Of a stretch of DNA of 64,000 nucleotides, positions 44,454-54,234 are shown in pieces. A program made the position numbers and the translations under genes. Below the pieces are notes generated by a model. The model saw nothing but the letters and a program-made list of their open reading frames with translations. It made no database searches and was not told where the DNA came from. The stretch comes from a virus. Lineage: Duplodnaviria > Caudoviricetes. The stretch lies in the IMG/VR virus record IMGVR_UViG_3300025732_000016. One strand, given 5' to 3'. How positions within the stretch are numbered: position 1 is the stretch's first letter; every line of letters starts with the position of its first letter.

Positions 44454-45484
44454 TCCACCCCGCAGACCGCCTCAAGAAGCAGACGGGTCACGACGTATGG
44501 ATCAACGTTAGCGCACGGTCGACGATCCTCGAGGTATCCACAGCCCTCTTGCGCCACATGGAGAGGTATCCGAATAGAGGCTCCTCTGTCACTCACACCG
44601 TATCGGAACTCTCTGTAGGAGCATGTCTCGTGGTGACCCGTGAGACGAAGCTCAATACCGTGGCCGTAGTGAGCAATGTGATGCTCGTGACGAACGCGAA
44701 GCAGCTCGCAAGCTTCCTTGATAGCATAGATTCCCTCAGGTTCACGCATACGCTTTGTTGAGAAATTGGTGTGGGCTCCTGCACCGTTAAGCTCTGCGAC
44801 TGGCTTGGGATCAAGCTTCACAGTGATCCCGTGCTTCTCGCCGATTCGGTAGAGAAGCCAACGTGCAAAGATGAGGTGGTCAGAGACAGTGAGAGCGTCA
44901 GCAGTTCCGATCTGGAACTCCCACTGGCCAGGCATCACCTCGGCGTTGATACCGCAAAGGGCGATGCGGGAGTCGAGACATGCTGCCATGTGCTCCTCGA
45001 CAAGCTCCCGACCGAAGACCTCATCGGATCCAACACCGCAGTAGAAAGGACCCTGCTGGGGAGGGTAGCCACCCGTGGGCCAACCGAGGGGCCGACCGTC
45101 CTTGAACATCGTGTACTCCTGCTCGATACCGAACAGGGGCTCGTGGTCAAGGGTCTTCTCAACAACTTCACGAAGCTTGCTGCGAGTGTTTGACTCGTGG
45201 GGCTTCATGTCCGCGGTGAAGACCTCGCAGATGACGAGAATGTGGACTCTCTCGTGATTCTTCTCTCGAGTGGGATCAAGAGTAAATCTTGCGGGAATCA
45301 GAAGACAGTCACTTCTGTCACCAGAAGCCTGTCCGGTGGAAGAGCCATCAAAGGTCCACCGAGGAATGTCCTCTATTCCGAAAGGCTTGTTTGCATCGCT
45401 GTATTGCAGGATTTTTGTCTTGCTTCGAAGTTTGTGGGTCGGATGGCTTCCGTCCTGCCAGATGTACTCGGCTACGATATTCAT
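44450..45484 (-). CDS. glnII: Glutamine synthetase, type II-like
   Basis: AEYIW.DG, LRSKTK, W.FDGSST.QA, QGPFYCGVG, INAEVMPGQWEFQIG, NGAGAHTNFST, RLTGHHET, RGASIRIP, GYLEDRRP. Confidence 0.95.
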   Translation of the reverse strand: MNIVAEYIWQDGSHPTHKLRSKTKILQYSDANKPFGIEDIPRWTFDGSSTGQASGDRSDCLLIPARFTLDPTREKNHERVHILVICEVFTADMKPHESNTRSKLREVVEKTLDHEPLFGIEQEYTMFKDGRPLGWPTGGYPPQQGPFYCGVGSDEVFGRELVEEHMAACLDSRIALCGINAEVMPGQWEFQIGTADALTVSDHLIFARWLLYRIGEKHGITVKLDPKPVAELNGAGAHTNFSTKRMREPEGIYAIKEACELLRVRHEHHIAHYGHGIELRLTGHHETCSYREFRYGVSDRGASIRIPLHVAQEGCGYLEDRRPCANVDPYVVTRLLLEAVCGVE

Positions 45485-45486
45485 GC

Positions 45487-46089
45487 TTAGTCCAAGATGT
45501 AATCGAGGTTGATCTTACAAGTGAGAGTCGGGATTCGAAGCTCGTTGGCGAGGTTGTGACCCTTCGCCTCATTTGCATCGAGGTACCAATCTGCGTGACC
45601 CCTCTCGTGGACCATCTTCAGGAAATAGTCCGATGGCTTGCCGCAGTTGCGAGCCATCATCTCGTAGACCTTCTTGTTGAGGCGCTCGACTTCCTTCGCG
45701 TCGGCCTTGATCTCCTCGACCTTGCCCCATGCGCCGCTGGAGACGTCGTGGATCATGAGGGTCGCGTCCGGGTCCATGTAACGCTTCCCCTCAGCTCCGA
45801 AGCTGAAGAGGATCGCTCCGCAGCTCATTGCCTTGCCCTCGATGATGGTGGCCACCGGAACTCGGGAGGCCTTGATCGCCGAGATCATTGCCATGAGGGA
45901 GTAGACCTGACCGCCGTAGGAGTCGATGACGATGGGGATCACCGACTGGCCCGTGTTCTGTGCCATGCTCATCTGGGAGGTAAACTCCTTCGCCGAATCC
46001 TCGTCGAACTTGTTCACTCGGATGATGATCGGATCGACCTTGAGCTCGACTGCCTTGATGTGATTAGAAACGTCTGCGATGAAGTTCAC
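45487..46089 (-). CDS. clpP: ClpP-family protease
   Basis: IDSYGG, GKAMSCG (Ser), TLMIHD (His), DWYLDANEA; GTG 46089. Confidence 0.88.
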   Translation of the reverse strand: MNFIADVSNHIKAVELKVDPIIIRVNKFDEDSAKEFTSQMSMAQNTGQSVIPIVIDSYGGQVYSLMAMISAIKASRVPVATIIEGKAMSCGAILFSFGAEGKRYMDPDATLMIHDVSSGAWGKVEEIKADAKEVERLNKKVYEMMARNCGKPSDYFLKMVHERGHADWYLDANEAKGHNLANELRIPTLTCKINLDYILD

Positions 46090-46141
46090 TGCGTACCCCG
46101 GTTGTGTTAGGTTGCGAATAGCCTGTTCGATTTCGTCTTCT

Positions 46142-48631
46142 TCACTTGCACTTGGAGAAGCCACACGCCTTGCAAGAGAGGCACCCCTCTTGATAGACGA
46201 GCTCTGAGTTACCACACTCAGGGCACCCCTTTTCGCTTGACTTTGTACCATCCTTGATGTACCCCTTGAGAACTCTTGCGATTACTCTTGCGTATGAGAA
46301 CATGTCACTGTTCTTGTCCTTCTGTAGTTGTTCCACGATGTACTGGAGTGGGACATCGTGACGGAGAGCCAGTGATATAGTCCTCGTGAACGCTCCTTGA
46401 GTCGGATTGTCGAAGAGGTTGACAACGTCCTTGAAGACGAGATTCTCATCGTCACCGACCGGGACAGAGAGGTTGTATGTGGCAACACCATCACGCTTAC
46501 CATTTTTAATCAAGGAACCTGATTTGTATCGCTTCGGGATCTCGATATTCTCAGGAATGCCGCAGAAGACTTCGTAGGGCTTGCCATCGTTGAGACCTAT
46601 GAGGACCATCCACGACTCAGTGTTCTCACCGTTCCTGATGTTGGCCCGGTGAATGTCGCAGTGAAGAGACTTCGGCCTCCTGGGAGTGAGTCTCCCATCC
46701 TCTGACTTCTTCTCCTTCTTGGGCTCATCATTCTGCACCAGAACGCCTGTCCTACATCCGTCACGGTAGACTGTGAAACCCTTACAACCGAACTTCCACG
46801 CCTTCATATAGACGTCATTCACAATCTCACGTGTAGCAGAGTTCGGGAGGTTGCAAGTTTTAGAGATGGAGTGATCGATCCACTGCTGAGCCGCAGCCTG
46901 GATGTCGACCGACTTTTCCCAATCGATGTCGTTCGCAGTTGCTCCCCAGTATGGGCTCTCCTTTGGGTCGGTCTTTCCCGTACGATCCATCCACTTCTTG
47001 AACCAGTGGTGGTAGACCGTGTACTCCTGCCACTTGTCACCCATCGGATCCACAAAGTCGACCCTTGACGTGAGATCTCCCTGCGTGATCTTACGACGAC
47101 GCTTGTATGAGAGCAGGAATGCAGGTTCGATACCCGATGTCGTCCTGGTAAGACAGGAGACTGAGCCAACCGGCGCCGTAGTCGTTAGGGCAATGTTGCG
47201 GCGGCCAGTGGTCTTCCACATATTATAGCTGTCACCATTGCAGGCTGACATCACCCTGCACAGGTAGAGATGGTCCTTCTCCTTCTCATAGTCGAAGGCT
47301 GGGAAAGCGCCGCGCTCCTTCGCCATGATGAGTGAAGAACGGTGAGCTCCGATTGCGAGAGCTCTGTAGATCTCACGAGTAGCGTCGATCGAACAACCGT
47401 CACCGTAGCGAATGTTCATTGCTGCAAGAGCGTCACCGAGTCCAGTGACGCCGAGACCCGTCCGTCGACCATTCTTACCAGCCGCGCGGATCTTGTGCCA
47501 GAGATCCCATTCAATCCGCTTCACGTGATCTGGCTGCGGGTCCTTCTCGATCTTCTCGAGGATTCGATCCACGCACTCAATCTCAAGATCGACAAGGTCG
47601 TCCATGAGACGCTGGGCCTTCATCACCACAGTGTTGAATCGATTGAAGTCAAACGTAGGACTGTCGCCGAAAGGATCGGTTACAAAGGACGTGAGATTAA
47701 TGACCATCAAACGACACGAGTCATAAGGACTGAGAGGAATCTCACCGCATGGATTGGTAGAGATCGTCTTGTAACCGACGTCACGATAGCAGTCAACGAT
47801 TCCTTGGTTGACGATGGTGTCCCAGAAGAGAGCGCCAGGCTCCGCGGAAGCCCAGGCTGCATCAACGAACTTATCCCAGATCTGCTTCGCGTCGACCATC
47901 TTGACGATCTCTGCGTCCTCGGGATGAGCCTCAACCGGCCAGCGAAGGCAGAAACCGGTGTTGCCCTCGACCGCCTGCATGAACTCGTCCGTGAAACGGA
48001 TAGAGATATTCGCGCCCGTCACCTTCTTCAGGTCACGCTTGATGTCAATGAATGTCTCGATCTCCGGGTGGCGACAGTCAATCGTGAGCATCAGAGCGCC
48101 ACGTCGGCCGCCCTGCGCCACCTCGCGTGTAGAGTTAGAGAATCTCTCCATGAAGACACCGATGCCATCAGTCGTCCGAGCAGCATTCGTGGTGGGCTGA
48201 CCCTTTGGGCGAATGGTGGAGACATCGAATCCGACTCCGCCGCGGCGCTTCATGATCTGGACCTGCTCCTGGTCAGTGAAGAGAATGCCACCGTAAGAGT
48301 CCTGTGGCTGCTCAATAACGAAGCAGTTTGACAGGCTCTGCAGTTGGTAGTAATTCCCGATGCCCGACATCGGAGAACCCTGTGGGATGACGTCCTTGAA
48401 GTCCTTCAGGAGCTCGTAGATCTCGTCTTCGCTCATCGGGTTCGGATACTTTGCCTCAATACGGGCAAACTCCTTCGCGAGTCGACGATGCATCTGGTCC
48501 GGATTGGTCTCGATTAGGTCGTCGTCTGCGTCGCGAAGCGCATACTTCATGAAGACGTCTGGAGCGAGCTCATCACCCTCGAAGTAAGCGGATGTCTCCC
48601 TAAGTGCAGTTTGCCTCGTTGTCTCGTTCAT
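46142..48631 (-). CDS. nrdJ: Class II (B12-dependent) ribonucleotide reductase
   Basis: PQGSPMSG, SNCFV, GGVG, GANISI, TNPCGEIPL, TTTAPVGSVS, TTSGIEP, KGFTVYRDGCR; C-terminal Zn ribbon; no NrdB in window. Confidence 0.9.
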   Translation of the reverse strand: MNETTRQTALRETSAYFEGDELAPDVFMKYALRDADDDLIETNPDQMHRRLAKEFARIEAKYPNPMSEDEIYELLKDFKDVIPQGSPMSGIGNYYQLQSLSNCFVIEQPQDSYGGILFTDQEQVQIMKRRGGVGFDVSTIRPKGQPTTNAARTTDGIGVFMERFSNSTREVAQGGRRGALMLTIDCRHPEIETFIDIKRDLKKVTGANISIRFTDEFMQAVEGNTGFCLRWPVEAHPEDAEIVKMVDAKQIWDKFVDAAWASAEPGALFWDTIVNQGIVDCYRDVGYKTISTNPCGEIPLSPYDSCRLMVINLTSFVTDPFGDSPTFDFNRFNTVVMKAQRLMDDLVDLEIECVDRILEKIEKDPQPDHVKRIEWDLWHKIRAAGKNGRRTGLGVTGLGDALAAMNIRYGDGCSIDATREIYRALAIGAHRSSLIMAKERGAFPAFDYEKEKDHLYLCRVMSACNGDSYNMWKTTGRRNIALTTTAPVGSVSCLTRTTSGIEPAFLLSYKRRRKITQGDLTSRVDFVDPMGDKWQEYTVYHHWFKKWMDRTGKTDPKESPYWGATANDIDWEKSVDIQAAAQQWIDHSISKTCNLPNSATREIVNDVYMKAWKFGCKGFTVYRDGCRTGVLVQNDEPKKEKKSEDGRLTPRRPKSLHCDIHRANIRNGENTESWMVLIGLNDGKPYEVFCGIPENIEIPKRYKSGSLIKNGKRDGVATYNLSVPVGDDENLVFKDVVNLFDNPTQGAFTRTISLALRHDVPLQYIVEQLQKDKNSDMFSYARVIARVLKGYIKDGTKSSEKGCPECGNSELVYQEGCLSCKACGFSKCK

Positions 48632-50016
48632 TACTTCGCTCCCATCACCTGGGTCCACTTTTCCTTGATCAGCTTCTTCCGGTCGTTGTCATCTTGGTTC
48701 AACGCTTCCTGAAGAGTAAGTTCGCTCTCTTCCAAGATCTTGATTGTGGATCGCGCTGTGTCAATGTGAACTGGGAAGAGAATTCCGTCCCGACCCGCTC
48801 GATTCTTAGCCACGAAGAGTCGGCCAGCTCCGGTCGCCTTCTCGGTCGGCTTTCGAGAGAGTGAGAGAACCACATCGGCGACCATCGCCTTTCCGTAAGA
48901 TTCTGACATATTCTCGAGACCGACAACATCTGCGTTCGACGAATCCCTGTTCGCCTGAGAGGCAGTCCAGATCGGAATGTTCCTCTCCATCGCAAGGTTG
49001 CGAAGCTCCTCGTAGATGAGCTTCAGCTCAAGGCGGAGGGCATCATACTCACGGCTCGAACGCATGATGTCTGCATAGTCGATGAGCAGCATGCTGGGAG
49101 TGAAGCCACGGAGCGAGAGCTTCTCAAGGTGATTGCGGATCGTGTTCACCGTCGCTGCGCCTGTCGGGTATTCCTTGATGATGAGCTTTCCGAGATCCAT
49201 CTCCTTGTACTTGTCAAGGACCTCCTGCTTCGAGTCCTGGATTTCGTTGGAAGCAATACCAGTCAAGTGAGAGTCGTACCTGATTCCGACCGCGGTCTCT
49301 GTGAGCTCAAAGGTGTAGTGGACGACGTTCTTGCCGAGCTTGAGAGCCTGCGCGCCGAGTCCAACCAGCATGTGGCTCTTGCCGACGCCAGTGTTCGCCA
49401 CAATGACACCGAGCTCACCTCGACCGAGTCCACCGTTGAGAACGGTCTTCTGGTCGAGCTGCTCGAGACCAGTCGGGCAAGCGAGACGATTGATCTTCAC
49501 AAAGCGGGCCTCTGCATCCTCGAAGAAGTCATGACCGACAGAAGTGGGTAGACCGACGGAAACCGCCTTGCGCATGAGATCGACAACGGCATCGTACTTG
49601 TCACCTGAGATGAGCTCAACGGACTTCTCAAGCGCCTCACGAAGTGCCTGCTTTCTGCAGAAGTCGAGTGACTTGTCCTTCACATAGGCAATGTCGCCCA
49701 TGTCGGGAGAAGTCCGCATGCGACCGAGGTACTCAACGATCTGTTCCTTGAGGACAGCGTTGTTCTGCTCCTTTAGCTCGTCCTTGATGATCGAGATGAG
49801 GAGAGACATCGTCGGGAAAGCCTTGTACTTCGTGTGGTACTTGAAGTACTTGTCGCTGAGAAACGCGAGGTACTTGAGATCGAAGTAGACAGGCTTCATC
49901 ACCTCGGTCATCTGTGCTGCCCACGTGTGGTCAGTCAAGAGACCTTGGAAGATTTTCTCTTGGAAAGCCTTCCCGTATTGCTTGAACAGGGCTTCACCCG
50001 GATTGAACTCAGACAT
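48631..50016 (-). CDS. dnaB: Replicative helicase, DnaB/T4 gp41 family
   Basis: ANTGVGKS, FELTE, LIDYADIM, WTASQANR, KNRAG. Confidence 0.92.
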   Translation of the reverse strand: MSEFNPGEALFKQYGKAFQEKIFQGLLTDHTWAAQMTEVMKPVYFDLKYLAFLSDKYFKYHTKYKAFPTMSLLISIIKDELKEQNNAVLKEQIVEYLGRMRTSPDMGDIAYVKDKSLDFCRKQALREALEKSVELISGDKYDAVVDLMRKAVSVGLPTSVGHDFFEDAEARFVKINRLACPTGLEQLDQKTVLNGGLGRGELGVIVANTGVGKSHMLVGLGAQALKLGKNVVHYTFELTETAVGIRYDSHLTGIASNEIQDSKQEVLDKYKEMDLGKLIIKEYPTGAATVNTIRNHLEKLSLRGFTPSMLLIDYADIMRSSREYDALRLELKLIYEELRNLAMERNIPIWTASQANRDSSNADVVGLENMSESYGKAMVADVVLSLSRKPTEKATGAGRLFVAKNRAGRDGILFPVHIDTARSTIKILEESELTLQEALNQDDNDRKKLIKEKWTQVMGAK

Positions 50017-50983
50017 TCTGCTTTGCCGCCTTGAGGTTTACTGTTGCGTTGAGATAGAGTCGATCGACGTCGAATGTCTTGATCCCAGCCTTGATTAAGG
50101 AACGTATGAGCTCAATCTTGTTCCCTTCGGGAAGGGAGTTTTCGACTGCACCGTTCACTTTCGAGACTTGGTTCCAGCTGAGGTTCGAGACATCCAACTT
50201 CATCAATTTCCAGTTCATTCTACCCAGGTCTGCGCTGTTTTTCACCTGTGCGTAAACCTTGGGAGACTTGTCGGGCATGGAGCTCGCCTTCTCGATTATC
50301 TGTTCGAGCTTTACCTCTTCGTCCCCAGCGAGCTCTGGGAAACGCTTGACCATCGTCCTCAAACCGAGACCTTTCACTCCCGGCAGTGCGTCTGATGTGT
50401 CGCCACAGAAACAGCGGGCGACGAGAAGGTTGTGCGGCCATATCCCGGTCTTCTCCTTGACAGACTCTCTCGTCACAATCGATCTCAGTGTAGGAGACCA
50501 TATCGTGATCCGATCGTCCACCAGCTGTAAGTAATCATGATCTGAGGAGACGATCAGCACCCGTGATCGTGAGTATGAGTATTTTGCGAGGTAGCCGATG
50601 ACGTCATCCGCCTCGCAGTCAGAGACGTAGACCTGCCTGACCGGGAGGTTCCTCATGACGTGGATGAGCAGTTTCACCTGCCAGTTCCTGTTCTCGAGAG
50701 TGTCTGGAATGTCACCCTCGTGGAACCTGTTGAGCTTTACGGGACGACGCTTTGCCTTGTAGTCAGGATAGATGTCCCGCCTCCGGGTCGAACCTCCACC
50801 CTCCCAGACGACGACGCACTCCTTCGGCCTGTGAGCAGCTATGAGAGAATTCAGTGACTGTAGGAACCCCACAACTCCGCCCACGTGCTGTCCATCCGCC
50901 ATCAGCGGGTTAGCGCAGAAATTGCGAATGAACAGGTTGTAGGCGTCGATGAGTAGGACTGGGCGTTCGTCCTGCATTTTCAT
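50009..50983 (-). CDS. 5'-3' exonuclease / flap endonuclease (second copy)
   Basis: LLIDAYN, YKAKR, EADDVIGY, SSDHDYLQL, GDTSDALPGVKGLG. Confidence 0.9.
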   Translation of the reverse strand: MKMQDERPVLLIDAYNLFIRNFCANPLMADGQHVGGVVGFLQSLNSLIAAHRPKECVVVWEGGGSTRRRDIYPDYKAKRRPVKLNRFHEGDIPDTLENRNWQVKLLIHVMRNLPVRQVYVSDCEADDVIGYLAKYSYSRSRVLIVSSDHDYLQLVDDRITIWSPTLRSIVTRESVKEKTGIWPHNLLVARCFCGDTSDALPGVKGLGLRTMVKRFPELAGDEEVKLEQIIEKASSMPDKSPKVYAQVKNSADLGRMNWKLMKLDVSNLSWNQVSKVNGAVENSLPEGNKIELIRSLIKAGIKTFDVDRLYLNATVNLKAAKQNV

Positions 50984-52191
50984 TCCGGTGAGATATCGTA
51001 TCCAGACTCGGTGAGTTGATCAGCGAGAGAGCGAACTTCCTCGTAGGACTCAGGATCGATGTCGACATCCTCAGCCTTCAGCGCAGTTCGAGTCATGGCA
51101 CGCTCGAGGAGTCCGTCGATCCACGGCTTGTACTTCGGATCGTTCATGAGCTCGAGGAAATCGGGCTTGTGGAACTTCTTCGTGATGACATTCTCGTTCT
51201 TCTCATTGACGACGCTGAGAGTCTTCCAGGCACCCGTGCCCTCGACTGTCACCTGGTGGTTGTCGACCATATCGGGACCGTGCTGACGCAGGATGTCAAA
51301 GATCTCCTCGTGCTCCTCGATCCCCTTGCCGAAGATGATTCGGAAGCTCGCTGCGCGGAAGGGCGGCCCGACCTTGTTCTTGATCGTCTTCGCGGAGACG
51401 TTGATGCCGATGACAGAGTCGTTCGGTCCCTTGATCTGCTGTCCAGCACCGAGCTTGATGCGGACAGAGGAGTGGAACGGGATCGCGTTGCCACCCGGCA
51501 CCGCAGTCGGGTCTCCGTACATCACACCGATCTTCGTGCGGATCTGATTGAGACAGACGAAGAGGACGGACTGGTCACCGATGACGCCAGTGATCTTGCG
51601 CATCGCCTTCGAGATCACGCGGGCCTGGAGACCGATGGTGTCCTTGTCGTAGGCACCCTCGAGCTCAGCCTTCGGGGAGGAGGCAGCGACCGAGTCCCAG
51701 ATGATGGTGATGGGGACGTCCTTGTTGAGCGCCTTCGCCTTCAGGACCGTCTTCTCGGCAATGTCGAAGACCTCTTCGGTGCAGTGAGTATCGACGTACA
51801 CGAAACGCTTCGAGATGTCGACACCGAGCGCCTGCAGGTTCTCTGGGTTCGTGGCATTCTCGGTGTCGATGTAGACCACGATCCCGCCCATCTTCTGGGT
51901 GGAGCGGGCAATGTGAGTCGCGATGTGGCTCTTACCGATCGAGGGCGGGCCAAAGATCTCGACGATTCGACCCTCGGGGAGTCCACCATCGCGTCGATTC
52001 GCCACAATGTAATCGAGCTGCTTCGAACCCGTAGAGATCCACCGCTTCACGTGGGTGGGCGACTGGTCCGATGCGAGATTGTACGCGACCCGGTGGCCGA
52101 GGTCCCGGTTGAGAGAGTCGATGAGATCCGAAGTGAAGTCATCGGTGGGATTCGTGGTGCCCTCAGTGAGGGGCAGCTTCCTTCTTGACAT
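50980..52191 (-). CDS. recA: RecA/UvsX recombinase
   Basis: GRIVEIFGPPSIGKS, YIDTE, IIWDSVAA, LQARVISKAMRK, NQIR, GGNAIPFHSSVRI, KNKVGPPF. Confidence 0.95.
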   Translation of the reverse strand: MSRRKLPLTEGTTNPTDDFTSDLIDSLNRDLGHRVAYNLASDQSPTHVKRWISTGSKQLDYIVANRRDGGLPEGRIVEIFGPPSIGKSHIATHIARSTQKMGGIVVYIDTENATNPENLQALGVDISKRFVYVDTHCTEEVFDIAEKTVLKAKALNKDVPITIIWDSVAASSPKAELEGAYDKDTIGLQARVISKAMRKITGVIGDQSVLFVCLNQIRTKIGVMYGDPTAVPGGNAIPFHSSVRIKLGAGQQIKGPNDSVIGINVSAKTIKNKVGPPFRAASFRIIFGKGIEEHEEIFDILRQHGPDMVDNHQVTVEGTGAWKTLSVVNEKNENVITKKFHKPDFLELMNDPKYKPWIDGLLERAMTRTALKAEDVDIDPESYEEVRSLADQLTESGYDISPE

Positions 52192-52209
52192 TTGTCCTCC
52201 TGCTTACTG

Positions 52210-52236
52210 ATTCTAATCGGCGCCTTAAAGTGTTCA
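52210..52236 (-). promoter_or_regulatory. Putative promoter TGAACA-N15-TAGAAT for recA
   Basis: -35 box overlaps arm of upstream hairpin. Confidence 0.55.
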
Positions 52237-52260
52237 CCCCGGGCCGAAACCCGGGGTGAA
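52233..52260 (-). terminator. Hairpin/terminator after SSB gene
   Basis: 11-bp stem TTCACCCCGGG/CCCGGGGTGAA, loop TTTCGG; weak U-tract. Confidence 0.7.
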
Positions 52261-52282
52261 GGCTCGTTAGAGCCGGTTTGAG

Positions 52283-53110
52283 CTACTCGAGCTCTGCGAA
52301 TGCGTCATCGAGGTCATCGAATGCCTTCGACTTGGGCTTCGGCTTCGACCCACCGCCCCCGCCACCGGAGCGCATCGCCGCGATGTCATCATCGATGGTT
52401 TCCGCCGAGGAGGTCTTCGTCTCGACCTTCACGGCAGGAGTCTCGGAGGAACCGCCCGTGAGCCAGTCATTCACTCGCTTCTCGATCTCCTCCACACCGA
52501 GGAGCTCATCGTAGTCCTCCATGCGGGGGATCGCCGAGAGCCACTGCTTCATCTGCGCCGAGTCCTTCGAGAGGGGAGTCGGCGTGGCGCGGGGAGTCAC
52601 CTTCGTATCCGCGAACGCCTTGCCCGGAGCGCGGCTGACGGAGACCTTCACATCGCGGCCGGCCTCGGGATCCGTGATGTCACCGTAATCCTCATCGAGC
52701 ATGAGCTTCAGGAGGTCCTGGTAAATCATCTTGCCGAAGGACCAGAGGCGGACACCCTTGTCCTCCTCGCCGCGGACAACCACCGCCGCAGTGGTGCGGA
52801 GCTTCGGGTAGAGCTTCTTGGCGAGCTCGCGGGAAGCATCGGAGTTGTCCTCACGGAGCTTCGTGATGAGGTCTTGGATCGGATCCTTCTTACCGAACTG
52901 GTACGGAGCAAGGATAGCGCCAGCCTTGTCACCACCGATGCCGTAGTAGTACCAGCGGTCCTTGAAGGGCTGGCCGTCGTTGTCCGGGAAGGCGATGATG
53001 CGGACCTGGTAGTCCTTGCCCTCCTCGGGGCGCCACGTCACTGCGGACTTCTTGTTCTGGCCGGAGAGCTGGCCGAGCTTCTTGCGGATTGCGTCAAAAT
53101 CGATTGCCAT
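52283..53110 (-). CDS. Single-stranded DNA-binding protein, T4 gp32-like
   Basis: WRPEEG...VRII, PF..RWYYY, KLYPK, GVRLWSFG.MIY..LL, YGDITDP..GRD; acidic C-tail DDLDDAFAELE. Confidence 0.85.
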   Translation of the reverse strand: MAIDFDAIRKKLGQLSGQNKKSAVTWRPEEGKDYQVRIIAFPDNDGQPFKDRWYYYGIGGDKAGAILAPYQFGKKDPIQDLITKLREDNSDASRELAKKLYPKLRTTAAVVVRGEEDKGVRLWSFGKMIYQDLLKLMLDEDYGDITDPEAGRDVKVSVSRAPGKAFADTKVTPRATPTPLSKDSAQMKQWLSAIPRMEDYDELLGVEEIEKRVNDWLTGGSSETPAVKVETKTSSAETIDDDIAAMRSGGGGGGSKPKPKSKAFDDLDDAFAELE

Positions 53111-53198
53111 GTTGTTTTTGTCCTTGATTGTTGGGAGTTTAGCATCCGGAAGCGTCGCCCCTTACCGGATGCCTCTTTGTGGAACCATCCACATTGAG

Positions 53199-53226
53199 AT
53201 TGTAGAAAGTGTAGTAGAGTTGTTCA
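53199..53226 (-). promoter_or_regulatory. Putative promoter TGAACA-N16-TACAAT for SSB
   Basis: Recurring class. Confidence 0.65.
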
Positions 53227-53607
53227 GTAGCGCGGAGTCAAATGTTTCTTGACGTGGTGATGAGAGTCGAAAGGACTTTCAGACCCACCGAATGAACGTG
53301 CGAGTCTCTCGACTGAGTCATAGTACATCTGCTCACGGGTGCGTGGGACCTTCCCAAATGTTGAATCAGGTTTCCCGTCTCCGTCGTAATCACCAGAAAC
53401 TATGACAGAGCCAGCAGAATAGACTGTGCTCGCCTCCTTGATCTTTCGCTTCTTCCCGATTTCTGAGTCAGGATAGTGAGCGTCCGTTCCGAGCGGCATG
53501 GCGGGACCGCCGCCAAGAGCTGCGACACCAGAGAATTCGTCGAGGCCCTCTTCCTCCTCGATCTCCTCGATCATCTCTCGAATGATGGCCCGTAGTTCTC
53601 TGTGCAT
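53224..53607 (-). CDS. Hypothetical protein with leader motif
   Basis: MHRELRAIIREMIEE; AATACTTA at 53612-53619. Confidence 0.7.
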   Translation of the reverse strand: MHRELRAIIREMIEEIEEEEGLDEFSGVAALGGGPAMPLGTDAHYPDSEIGKKRKIKEASTVYSAGSVIVSGDYDGDGKPDSTFGKVPRTREQMYYDSVERLARSFGGSESPFDSHHHVKKHLTPRY

Positions 53608-53610
53608 GCT

Positions 53611-54201
53611 TTAAGTATTATGCCCCTTGAGAATCCACTGGCGTGCCTGGGTGAGAAGTACACTAATGTCCGGCTCAGAGCCGATGTAGAACCTATTCTC
53701 CTCCCTCGAGGGACCCGTCGAGGTCGCAATTGCCACCCACTCGTCCATTGAGAGGCACACACCGAAGTGCTGTAGCACGTGGAGGGACCTGTGAGCGATC
53801 GGCATCTTCGGGAGATGCTCATTGTAGCGGTAGAGCCGGCCCTGCTTTCGATGCCAATCAGAGTCCTGCTCAACGAGATAGTCCTCACCCTCGAGGGGTC
53901 CGCCCACCATGCCGATGTTGTGGAAGAGCCCCACGAGGATGAGGGACTCCGTTGGGACCTGGATTTCCAGGGCTTTCGCGATGGAACGCATCTTCATGGT
54001 GACGCCGATCGACTGGTCAATGAGTCCGCCCGGTCGGCTCCAGGGCTGTCCCTCGTTGAGAGAGCCTGGGCACATGAGAAGCCTCTCACCGAGAGACTCT
54101 ACCATCTCCTTTACTTGTGAAGATCTCCCCTCACCTGCAGAGTGAGAGAGCTTGCAGAACTTTTCGTATCGGGCCTGGAGCTGAGTGAGTTGATCTTCCA
54201 T
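53611..54201 (-). CDS. HD-domain-like protein with degenerate metal ligands
   Basis: GGLIDQS (usually GGLxxHS) and LFHNIGMVG (usually LLHDIGK). Confidence 0.65.
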   Translation of the reverse strand: MEDQLTQLQARYEKFCKLSHSAGEGRSSQVKEMVESLGERLLMCPGSLNEGQPWSRPGGLIDQSIGVTMKMRSIAKALEIQVPTESLILVGLFHNIGMVGGPLEGEDYLVEQDSDWHRKQGRLYRYNEHLPKMPIAHRSLHVLQHFGVCLSMDEWVAIATSTGPSREENRFYIGSEPDISVLLTQARQWILKGHNT

Positions 54202-54207
54202 GAGAAG

Positions 54208-54234
54208 ATTCTAAGAGCTTGCCGTCGAAGTTCA
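54208..54234 (-). promoter_or_regulatory. Putative promoter TGAACT-N15-TAGAAT
   Basis: Recurring class. Confidence 0.55.

Noticed and set aside
27314-52191. Inteins or introns in DnaE, RNR, DnaB or RecA
   Set aside because: Lengths are normal and I saw no C/S...HN splice motifs or LAGLIDADG inserts
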